A stretch of DNA of 54,154 bases from Patescibacteria group bacterium (GTDB taxonomy: Bacteria; Patescibacteriota; Microgenomatia; UBA8517). Shown here piece by piece: positions 46,835-54,154 of this stretch (the first letter of the stretch is position 1; every line of letters begins with the position of its first letter). The position numbers and the translations under genes were made by a program. The stretch lies in NCBI GenBank assembly GCA_022562395.1, contig JADFPI010000002.1, positions 1 through 54,154 on the forward strand. The letters are read 5' to 3'. The notes under the pieces were generated by a model. The model was not told the origin of the DNA. It made no database searches and saw only the letters and a list, made by a program, of their open reading frames with translations.

Positions 46835-47933
46835 AATTGTTCTTACCGCAGGACACGCTGCGACTACTGCGCTTGCTACCGTAGAGGGATTAGTTAGGCG
46901 AAATAAACCGGGCAAAAGCTGGGAAATCTTTTTTATTGGATCACAATTTGCAGTGGAAGGTTTAAAAGCGCCGACTTTAGAATCATTGGTATTGCCCAAG
47001 GTTGGTGTATCATTTCACCCTCTAATTAGCGGAAGGGTGCAAAGAAAACTTACTTTTTGGACCCTGCCTTCTCTTTTTAAAATTCCTCTTGGATTTATTC
47101 ACGCCTTCTTACTATTAAAAAAAATAAAACCGGCAATCATTGTTTCTTTTGGTGGATATTCTGCGTTTCCTGTTGTGGTTGTAGGGTGGATTTTGAGAAT
47201 TCCGATTGTTATTCACGAACAAACTTCTGCGGTAGGACGCGCAAATCTTTTCTCTGCACCTTTTGCTAAACGTATAGCCTTGGCAAGAGGTGAAAGTATT
47301 AAATACTTTCCTAAAAAAAAGGTGAAAATTATAGGTAACCCTATTCTTTCCAACATACTCGCTGTGGCTGGGAAGAGGGTAAAAGGAAATCCTCCACTGA
47401 TTTATATAACAGGAGGTTCTCGGGGTTCGCAAACAATGAATGAAGTTATTAGCCAGATTATTGAGCGACTGCTCGAAAAGTATAGAGTAATTCATCAAAC
47501 AGGATATTTTGATTATGAGAAGTTTATTAAGATAAAAAAGTCTTTGGATAAAAGCTTACTCGGCAACTACGAAGTCCATAAAGTTATTGACCCGAATGAC
47601 ATTGCCAGTGTTTATCAAAGGACAGATATGGTTATATCGAGGGCCGGTGCTAATAGCGTTTCTGAAATAATCGCTACAAAAAGACCGGCGATACTTATTC
47701 CAATTCCTTTCAGCTATAAAGATGAGCAAACAAAAAACGCTCAATATGCCCGGAAATATGGACTAGCTAGGATTTTGCTACAGAGTAGGTTAACTAAAGA
47801 ATCGCTTTTAGAAGAGATTAACAAGCTAGATAGTAATTGGGAAGAGATGGTGAAGAAAGTAAAGAATAAAAAAAGCCCCGATATAAATGCAGCAAAAAAT
47901 CTAGTCGGTCTAATCGAAGAAACCTTAAAGTGA
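46800..47933 (+). CDS. murG: undecaprenyldiphospho-muramoylpentapeptide beta-N-acetylglucosaminyltransferase (divergent N-terminal G-loop)
   Basis: Position in the cluster, IVIHEQTS, ITGGSRGSQ, ISRAGANSVSEI, DEQTKNA. The N-terminus reads LTAGHAATT instead of the usual GGTGGH. Overlaps ftsW by 35 nt. Confidence 0.8.
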   Translation: MYQKGKEKDANKIVLTAGHAATTALATVEGLVRRNKPGKSWEIFFIGSQFAVEGLKAPTLESLVLPKVGVSFHPLISGRVQRKLTFWTLPSLFKIPLGFIHAFLLLKKIKPAIIVSFGGYSAFPVVVVGWILRIPIVIHEQTSAVGRANLFSAPFAKRIALARGESIKYFPKKKVKIIGNPILSNILAVAGKRVKGNPPLIYITGGSRGSQTMNEVISQIIERLLEKYRVIHQTGYFDYEKFIKIKKSLDKSLLGNYEVHKVIDPNDIASVYQRTDMVISRAGANSVSEIIATKRPAILIPIPFSYKDEQTKNAQYARKYGLARILLQSRLTKESLLEEINKLDSNWEEMVKKVKNKKSPDINAAKNLVGLIEETLK

Positions 47934-48634
47934 AAAGATTATTCTTTTTAGCTACTGCATTATTAATAATTGCTGTTTTTTATTTTGTTTTGCCTCGAGC
48001 AATTTCAATATCGGAAATTTCTTGTCAGAGCCAATATGGTCCTTGTAATCAAAAAATAGTTGATGTGCTTAAAACTTTTGAAGGTGAAAATTTATATCAA
48101 TCCTTACGACAGGTAAAATCTGCACTTTCTTCAAATGAACTTGTTTCTGACTTTTCTACCCAATTCAAACTTCCAAACAAAATTAAGGTAATTATTATAG
48201 AAAGAAAACCAAGGTTTGCTTTAACAAATCAAAAGGCGCAAGGTTTCGCTCTTGTAGACAGGAGCGGCGCGGTTTTGAGAATTGAAGATTCTTCTAGTCT
48301 TCCATATGTAGTAGTCGCTCACGAAATTCCTAACGTGGGAGAAATAGTGACAGACAAGCAGTTATTTGCCTTAAATATCATTTATGATATATTTTCACTT
48401 TATCGGGTGAAGGAAGGAATGATTGAAGATGATAGTTTGCGGGTTAGTTTAATTGGGGGCCCTAAGGTGATTTTTCCGCTAAAGGGGGATAGGCAAATTC
48501 TTTTGGCCTCACTCGGTTTGATTCTTGATAAGTTGAATGAAGGCAGTGGAGGCATTAGAATTAATGAGAACGAACTGGTTTTAACACCAGAAAACATTAT
48601 TGATTTGCGTTTTAAAAATCCGATATTAAGGTAA
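47930..48634 (+). CDS. ftsQ: FtsQ/DivIB-like cell division protein (TM plus POTRA)
   Basis: GTG start overlapping the murG stop. TM segment LFFLATALLIIAVFYFVL, POTRA-like KIKVIIIERKPRFAL. Canonical position before ftsA. Confidence 0.65.
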   Translation: MKRLFFLATALLIIAVFYFVLPRAISISEISCQSQYGPCNQKIVDVLKTFEGENLYQSLRQVKSALSSNELVSDFSTQFKLPNKIKVIIIERKPRFALTNQKAQGFALVDRSGAVLRIEDSSSLPYVVVAHEIPNVGEIVTDKQLFALNIIYDIFSLYRVKEGMIEDDSLRVSLIGGPKVIFPLKGDRQILLASLGLILDKLNEGSGGIRINENELVLTPENIIDLRFKNPILR

Positions 48635-48636
48635 CC

Positions 48637-48704
48637 TTTGACTTTTGACCATTGACCTTTGACTTCTGAATATTTTTGTCAATTGTCACATGTCACTTGT
48701 CAAT
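48637..48704. repeat. two opposed arrays of four 7-bp-phased motifs: 4 x TTGAC (48638, 48645, 48652, 48659), then 4 x GTCA(A/C) (48678, 48685, 48692, 48699)
   Basis: tttgact tttgacc attgacc tttgact - tctgaatatttt - tgtcaat tgtcaca tgtcact tgtcaat. It fills almost the whole ftsQ-ftsA spacer. Confidence 0.9.
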
Positions 48705-48716
48705 TGTTTTTAACCC

Positions 48717-49991
48717 ATGGCCAAAACTAGAATCATAGCGGGAATAGAGCTTGGGTCTTCCAAGGTGTCTACTCTTATTGCCCAAGTTCTTACCGACGCA
48801 ACAACTTTTGAGCAAACGATTAATATTGTTGGAGTAGCTACGGTTGAGGCAAAAGGTATAAGAAAAGGACAAATAGTAAATTTGGACGAAGCAGTTGAGG
48901 CGACGATTTCTTCAGTGGAGGCTGCAGAGAGAATGGCTGGATATAATTTGAATAGCGCCTATATTGCTCTAGGAGGGGGACACCTTTCATCTCAAAATTC
49001 TCAAGGAGTAGTGGCAATCTCCGACCCCGAAGGTGAAATTACCTCTAGTGATTTGGATAGAGTGATTGAAGCCGCTAGTGCAGTCTCGCTTCCTTCCTCT
49101 CGCGAGATAGTCCACGTTATGCCAATTGAGTATGTGGTGGATGGAGAAAGCGGAGTAAAAGACCCAGTGGGGATGAGTGGAGTCAGGCTAGAAGTTAAGA
49201 CCCATCTAATCACCGCTTCAACGTCAGCTATTAAAAATATTAGAAAAGCTATTAATGAGGTTGGTGTTGATATTGAAGGCCTAGTTTTTACCGGCCTGGC
49301 AGCATCAGAAGCAGTTTTATCTCAGACAGAAAAAGAGCTTGGTTGCGTGTGTATTGATATTGGGGGAGGGACAACCTCGGTTGCAGCGTTTATTGATGGA
49401 GCCATATCGCATTCAGACGTTATTCCTATAGGGGCAAAGAATATCACAAATGATTTGGCGATTGGGATGCGAGTGTCACTTGAATCGGCAGAAAAAGTTA
49501 AGGTAGCGCTTTCCCAAGAAGCTAGCAGGAAAGGCAAAGCAAAGAAAAGCGAATCAGACCAGATAGGACTTAAGGATTTAGGGGTCGAAGAGGTAAAAAA
49601 TGTTTCAAGAAAGACTTTAATTGAGGGGATAATAAGGCCAAGGCTAAACGAGATATTCACTATGGTCAGGATGGATTTAGATAGAGCAGGTTTAGCCGAT
49701 AGAATTCCCTCAGGTGCAATAATAACCGGTGGTGGTGCGCTAACTGTTGGTGCAATTGATTCGGCAAAGAGGATGCTCGCACTTCCCGTGAGACTCGGTT
49801 TACCAAAAGGCGTTGGGGGATTAATCGACGATGTTATTAATCCTTCTTTCGCAACAAATGTAGGCCTTATCGCCTACGGTGCAAAAGTTGGACCAGACGA
49901 ATACTTCTCTTCACTTACCAGTAAATTCAAACTTCCGTCCAAAGGATTAGCTGGAAAATTAGTTGATACCTTAAGGGATTTACTACCATAA
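48717..49991 (+). CDS. ftsA: cell division protein FtsA
   Basis: IAGIELGSSKVSTLIAQV, CIDIGGGTTSVAAF, ITGGGALTVG (actin-fold phosphate/adenosine motifs). Confidence 0.92.
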   Translation: MAKTRIIAGIELGSSKVSTLIAQVLTDATTFEQTINIVGVATVEAKGIRKGQIVNLDEAVEATISSVEAAERMAGYNLNSAYIALGGGHLSSQNSQGVVAISDPEGEITSSDLDRVIEAASAVSLPSSREIVHVMPIEYVVDGESGVKDPVGMSGVRLEVKTHLITASTSAIKNIRKAINEVGVDIEGLVFTGLAASEAVLSQTEKELGCVCIDIGGGTTSVAAFIDGAISHSDVIPIGAKNITNDLAIGMRVSLESAEKVKVALSQEASRKGKAKKSESDQIGLKDLGVEEVKNVSRKTLIEGIIRPRLNEIFTMVRMDLDRAGLADRIPSGAIITGGGALTVGAIDSAKRMLALPVRLGLPKGVGGLIDDVINPSFATNVGLIAYGAKVGPDEYFSSLTSKFKLPSKGLAGKLVDTLRDLLP

Positions 49992-50020
49992 GCTGCCAGC
50001 CAGTAAGGAAATTGGGCTAC

Positions 50021-50049
50021 TTGCAATTTATAATTTTCCACTGTAAAAT
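50021..50049 (+). promoter_or_regulatory. sigma-70-like promoter candidate in the ftsA-ftsZ spacer (TTGCAA-17 nt-TAAAAT)
   Basis: ttgcaa at 50021-50026, a 17-nt spacer, then taaaat at 50044-50049, 15 nt upstream of the ftsZ ATG. Confidence 0.4.
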
Positions 50050-50063
50050 CACGGCTACTAACT

Positions 50064-51239
50064 ATGGCGCTGGTAAAGCCAGACTCGGCTAGAATTGCAA
50101 AAATAAAAGTGATTGGTTTAGGCGGTGGAGGAGGAAATGCCGTTTCTTCAATGGTTGAGGGAGATCAGATAGGTGGCGTGGAATTTATCGCCGTTAATAC
50201 CGACGCACAAGTACTGCTTGCAAATAAAGCTCCTACTAAACTTCAAATAGGCGAGAAGCTCACCAAAGGATTGGGAGTTGGGGGAAACCCCGAGCTTGGA
50301 GAAACGGCTGCAGAAGAATCAGTCGAGAAACTTAAAGAACTCTTGGTAGATTCCGACATGGTTTTTTTGACAGCCGGAATGGGAGGTGGAACAGGAACTG
50401 GTGCGGCTCCCGTTGTTGCCAAATTAGCCCGTGAAGTAGGTGCTTTGACCGTTGGTGTTGTGACTAAGCCATTTGCTTTTGAAGGTACCAGGCGCATGGT
50501 TATTGCCGAGGATGGAATTGAGCATCTTCGGGAAGAGGTTGATACTTTAATAGTAATTCCAAATCAAAGGCTGATGGATGTGATTGACAGAAAAATGACT
50601 TTAGTTGAGGCATTTAAAGTCGCCGACTCTGTTCTCGGACAAGCCGTTGGAGGTATTTCGGACATTATTACGACTCCAGGCTTGATAAACGTAGACTTTG
50701 CTGATGTAAAGACAATCATGAAGCAAGCAGGCACTGCCTTGCTGGGGATAGGGACTGGAGTTGGCGAAAATAGGGCCCAAATGGCCGCCCGTGCCGCGAT
50801 AACTTCACCTCTTTTGGATTTGTCAATCGAGGGTGCTACTGGAGTTTTATTCAATATCACAGGTGGAAATGACTTGACTATGTTTGAAGTTGACGAGGCA
50901 GCGCGTGTTATTTCAAGTTCCGCTGACATGGATGCAAACATAATTTTTGGGGCGGTTGTCAAAGAGGATTTGGTAGACCAGATTAGAATAACGGTAATTG
51001 CAACTGGGTTTGATGAAACTAGGGCGCGGCTGGCGCAGATGGCAAAACCATCCGAGGTTCCAAACGTCGAAGGAGTTGACAGTGAGATGCCTAAAGAAAA
51101 AGACGAGGAGAAGAAAAGGGAGGAAGAAAAAAAGGTTGAGGAAAAAGACGAAGAGCCCCCGGAAGAAATTCCGGAAGACGAAGATGACTCATTTGGAAAG
51201 AGATTCGAAATTCCGGCATTTTTACGCAAAGCCCACTAA
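50064..51239 (+). CDS. ftsZ: cell division GTPase FtsZ
   Basis: [23 protein letters not shown] (tubulin signature), an acidic linker, and the C-terminal peptide FEIPAFLRK. Confidence 0.95.
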   Translation: MALVKPDSARIAKIKVIGLGGGGGNAVSSMVEGDQIGGVEFIAVNTDAQVLLANKAPTKLQIGEKLTKGLGVGGNPELGETAAEESVEKLKELLVDSDMVFLTAGMGGGTGTGAAPVVAKLAREVGALTVGVVTKPFAFEGTRRMVIAEDGIEHLREEVDTLIVIPNQRLMDVIDRKMTLVEAFKVADSVLGQAVGGISDIITTPGLINVDFADVKTIMKQAGTALLGIGTGVGENRAQMAARAAITSPLLDLSIEGATGVLFNITGGNDLTMFEVDEAARVISSSADMDANIIFGAVVKEDLVDQIRITVIATGFDETRARLAQMAKPSEVPNVEGVDSEMPKEKDEEKKREEEKKVEEKDEEPPEEIPEDEDDSFGKRFEIPAFLRKAH

Positions 51240-51250
51240 ATTTGTACACA

Positions 51251-51811
51251 ATGAGCATGGAATTTGAAGAAGGGATTTTTATTACTCCGTCTCGTCTTTT
51301 TACTAATCTTGAAGACCCAGAATCAAGAGAGAAATTTCAGGGTTTAATGCAGCTTCAATATGATTTTTCAGATGAAGAGGTACACGAGCTAACCGAGGGT
51401 TTAAGAAAAAGGCTTTATTGGAATAAAGTTGCTCCAGAGTTATTGGCTCTGGTAATCAATGAAGAAAGTGAACGTGTCTTTCAGGTCGGGACGTTAATTG
51501 GTTATTCACAGGGTGAGTTTATTGCCGATTTTGGCGACTTATGTATCGAAAGAATGGGAGAGGAAGAGATTCTCTTGATAGGCAAAGCTGATATTTCTTC
51601 ACAAGCAAGGATTAAGGTTAAGTTTCTTGACGAGAGTTGGCAAGATACCATTAAAGAGGGAATACTGACAGGTTATGAGAAAAACGAGGATAGGGAATCT
51701 GGAGGCCCCCACGGCTGGTATGTTGTTCAAGTTGGCGCGGAAACTCAAAAAATTGAAGATTGGAGGATGTTAGAAGGTAATATTAGATTTTTAGTGGAGC
51801 CCCCAGGATAA
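51251..51811 (+). CDS. hypothetical acidic protein immediately downstream of ftsZ
   Basis: About 186-aa ORF starting 12 nt after the ftsZ stop (ATG 51251; TTG 51242 in the track). No recognisable motif. Confidence 0.5.
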   Translation: MSMEFEEGIFITPSRLFTNLEDPESREKFQGLMQLQYDFSDEEVHELTEGLRKRLYWNKVAPELLALVINEESERVFQVGTLIGYSQGEFIADFGDLCIERMGEEEILLIGKADISSQARIKVKFLDESWQDTIKEGILTGYEKNEDRESGGPHGWYVVQVGAETQKIEDWRMLEGNIRFLVEPPG

Positions 51812-51891
51812 CTAAACTAGTTCTAACTTCTTTTATCAAGCGGAGGATATTCCTACACAAAGCAAGTTTAATTGTGTAAAATAGCTTCAGT

Positions 51892-54141
51892 ATGGCAAAA
51901 GGTAAACCATATTTTAAGGAGGTTGATACTAAAGTAGATTTTCCAAAGCTAGAGGAAGGAATTTTGCGTTTTTGGAAAAAAGATAAAACTTTTGAGAGAT
52001 CGATTTCGTCTCGGCCAAAAAGCAAAACGTGGACTTTTTTGGACGGCCCGCCTTTTATCACTGGATTACCTCATTACGGAAGTCTTCTTTCTTCGATCCC
52101 TAAAGACCTCTTTCCTCGATTTTGGACGATGAAAGGCTACAGAGTACGCCGGGTATGGGGTTGGGACTGCCATGGTTTGCCGGCAGAACACAAGGTAGAA
52201 AGTAAACTGGGGATAAAGAGGAAAAGGGATATTGAGGAAAAAATTGGGATAAAGGAATTTGTTGATGCGTGTAAGCGCTATGTAAACCAAGTTTCTTCAG
52301 AGTGGGAGTGGTATGTAGACCGCGTTGCACGTTGGGTAGATTTCAAAAATTCCTACAAAACAATGGATAAAGATTATATGGAAACAGTAATGTGGGTGTT
52401 TAAACAAATATATGACAAAGGATATATTTACAAAGGTCTTCGGGTATCACTTTTCTGCCCACGTTGTTCCACGCCAATCTCCAATTTCGAAGTTGCAATG
52501 GATGCTGAGAACTACAAAGACATTACTGAAGTGTCAAATGTTTACAAATACCAGCTTAAAGACGATAAAGATACATTTTTCTTAGCTTGGTCAACAACTC
52601 CCTGGAACAAAATTGTTACACCTGCTTTGGCAGTCAATCCGAAGTTAACCTATGTGAAGGTTAAGCAGGGGTCAGAAAATTACATATTGGCAAAATTAAC
52701 TTTAAAGATGCTCAAAAAAGAACCCAAATTCGAAATTGTTGAAACCTTCAAAGGTAAAGAATTGGTGGGAAAGAAGTTCATTCCTCATTATGACTTTTAC
52801 AAAATCGAGCCCGGTAAACGTGCTTTTGTGGTTATCGGTGGAGATTTTGTTACTGCAGAGGAGGGAACCGGTATTGTTACCCTTGCTGTTTATGGCGAGG
52901 AAGACCTAGAGATAATGCAGAAGGAAAATATTCAGTTAGTAATGCATGTTGATGACGAGGGAATTTTAAAGAAAGATGTGCCCAAGTGGGCGGGAAAGTA
53001 CTATTTAGGAGTAAATAAGTTGGTCAACGATGATTTAAATAAACGTGGACTAATGTACAGTGAAGCTCCTCACACCCACACAATTGCTCATTGTTGGCGG
53101 TGTGGTACTAGACTCTTTCATAATCCCCAAAATGCCTGGTATATAGATATTCAAAAACTAAAACCACAAATGAAGAAAACAAACGAAAAAGTTAACTGGT
53201 ACCCTGCGCATTTTAAACACGGTCGGTTTCTTAAGAGTATGGAGGCTGCACCTGACTGGTGCATATCAAGAACTCGCTACTGGGGATCACCGGTTCCGGT
53301 TTGGGAATGTGAGAATTGTGATGAGCGTTTTGTTCCGGGGTCAATATCAGACTTAGAAAAAGCAGCTGGAAGAAAGATTGAAGAATTACACAGACCAGAA
53401 ATAGACGAAGTGGTTGTTGAGTGTAAGAAATGCAGTGGCATATCCAAACGAGTTCCTGAAGTGTTGGACAGTTGGGTTGAAGCGGGATCAGCCTCCTTTG
53501 CCGAAAGACACTATCCTTTCGAAGGAAAGGTGAATCTGAAGGAGTTTTTCCCTCCTGATTTTATTGTCGAATACACGGGACAAATAAGGGCGTGGTTTTA
53601 TGTGCTTCATGTAATTGCTAGTGCGCTTTTCGAATCTCCTGCTTTTAAAAATGTTGTTGTTACTGGTGTAATTTTAGGAACGGACGGTAGGAAGATGAGC
53701 AAAAACTATGGCAACTATCCTGACCCTGAGGTGATGCTTAAAAAACACGGCGGCGACGCTTTACGATTATATCTGATGGGAAGCCCTGTTATGAAGGGTG
53801 AAGATATTTTAATTTCTGAGGAGGAGTACAAAAACCAGGTGCGCGGCTTTTTACTAATACTTTGGAACGTTTATAATTTTTTTGTTACTTATGCGAATTT
53901 ACATAATTGGAAGCCCCCTAAAGAGAAATTAAAACCCAAAAACGCTCTTGACAAATGGATACTTTCTCGAATGAATGGAAGTATAGAAAATATGACTAAA
54001 AATGGCTTCGAAAAATTCGATACGGCAGAAGTGGTTAATTTCGCAAAGATATTTATTGTTAGGGATCTTTCTGCCTGGTATGTAAGAAGAAGTAGAGATA
54101 GGTTTTCTCATTTCAATGATGACGAGAAGGATAGAGACTAG
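51892..54141 (+). CDS. ileS: isoleucine--tRNA ligase (type 2, eukaryote-like), apparently truncated at an in-frame TAG near the window end
   Basis: PPFITGLPHYGS (HIGH variant), WDCHGLP, WCISRTRYWG, KMSKN, AWYVRRSRDRF. At 749 aa it lacks most of the anticodon-binding domain. Confidence 0.85.
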   Translation: MAKGKPYFKEVDTKVDFPKLEEGILRFWKKDKTFERSISSRPKSKTWTFLDGPPFITGLPHYGSLLSSIPKDLFPRFWTMKGYRVRRVWGWDCHGLPAEHKVESKLGIKRKRDIEEKIGIKEFVDACKRYVNQVSSEWEWYVDRVARWVDFKNSYKTMDKDYMETVMWVFKQIYDKGYIYKGLRVSLFCPRCSTPISNFEVAMDAENYKDITEVSNVYKYQLKDDKDTFFLAWSTTPWNKIVTPALAVNPKLTYVKVKQGSENYILAKLTLKMLKKEPKFEIVETFKGKELVGKKFIPHYDFYKIEPGKRAFVVIGGDFVTAEEGTGIVTLAVYGEEDLEIMQKENIQLVMHVDDEGILKKDVPKWAGKYYLGVNKLVNDDLNKRGLMYSEAPHTHTIAHCWRCGTRLFHNPQNAWYIDIQKLKPQMKKTNEKVNWYPAHFKHGRFLKSMEAAPDWCISRTRYWGSPVPVWECENCDERFVPGSISDLEKAAGRKIEELHRPEIDEVVVECKKCSGISKRVPEVLDSWVEAGSASFAERHYPFEGKVNLKEFFPPDFIVEYTGQIRAWFYVLHVIASALFESPAFKNVVVTGVILGTDGRKMSKNYGNYPDPEVMLKKHGGDALRLYLMGSPVMKGEDILISEEEYKNQVRGFLLILWNVYNFFVTYANLHNWKPPKEKLKPKNALDKWILSRMNGSIENMTKNGFEKFDTAEVVNFAKIFIVRDLSAWYVRRSRDRFSHFNDDEKDRD

Positions 54142-54154
54142 GCACTATTCACTT

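Noticed and set aside
48637-48704. A CRISPR array or miniature mobile element as the explanation for the repeats upstream of ftsA. I also considered tRNA or rRNA genes in the larger spacers.
   Set aside because: The units are only 7 bp with no spacers, far from CRISPR geometry, and no cas genes are present. All intergenic gaps are shorter than 260 nt, and none shows a cloverleaf-like arrangement I could recognise.
50564-51229. A 221-aa minus-strand ORF inside ftsZ. Similar long antisense ORFs occur at 32407-32766, 26805-27164, 27002-27331 and 49322-49660.
   Set aside because: These are Ser/Thr/Pro-rich, low-complexity shadow frames of strongly conserved + strand genes. They have no independent motif, start context or gap to accommodate them.
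51854-51878. An inverted repeat, tacacaa-N11-ttgtgta, upstream of ileS, considered as a possible terminator or T-box remnant.
   Set aside because: It is a 7-bp AT-rich stem with an 11-nt loop and no U-tract. The 80-nt spacer is far too short for a T-box leader.
1-54154. UGA-to-Gly recoding (genetic code 25), as in some CPR lineages.
   Set aside because: TGA terminates several well-delimited genes at their expected ends (for example 1074-1076, 3153-3155 and 6118-6120, with ATGA start/stop coupling). The conserved Mur/Fts proteins read through as full-length ORFs without needing in-frame TGA translation.

Overview
This is a 54.2-kb, AT-rich, very gene-dense fragment with about 51 protein-coding genes. 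All but one are on the + strand, and many have 4-40 nt start/stop overlaps. I could not recognise any rRNA, tRNA, CRISPR array, transposase or integrase. TGA, TAA and TAG all act as ordinary stops at the ends of conserved genes, so the genetic code looks standard.

The window falls into three blocks:
- (i) 0.06-25.6 kb: a very large cell-surface glycan/glycosylation island. It holds six GT4-like and three GT2-like glycosyltransferases, four polytopic GT-C (ArnT/PMT-like) membrane proteins and a Wzy/O-antigen-ligase-like protein. It also encodes a SAM methyltransferase, a hexapeptide acetyltransferase, a ManC-type nucleotidyltransferase, a Bac_transf phosphoglycosyl transferase and a DUF4012-like protein. 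At 19.4-20.7 kb it is interrupted by the only minus-strand gene, a tandem LuxR/GerE-HTH protein. That gene is bracketed by a 40-bp direct repeat copying the 5' end of the downstream GT gene.
- (ii) 25.6-29.2 kb: recO, an FMN reductase, glyQS and two orphan genes.
- (iii) 29.2-51.8 kb: a complete co-directional division/cell-wall supercluster, mraZ-rsmH-ftsL-ftsI-murA-murE(fusion)-murC-murB-murD-murI-ddl-alr-murF-mraY-ftsW-murG-ftsQ-ftsA-ftsZ, plus one orphan. ileS follows and ends at a TAG 13 nt before the window edge.

The gene content and style suggest a Patescibacteria/CPR-like bacterium, but this is inference only. I did not find a clear-cut new defence or mobile system. The items most worth a second look are:
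- the repeat-bracketed antisense regulator cassette;
- the MurE-nucleotidyltransferase fusion;
- the opposed 7-bp-phased TTGAC/GTCA arrays upstream of ftsA;
- the 10-bp-phased GTGGTG boxes at the mraZ promoter;
- the unusual density of GT-C enzymes.
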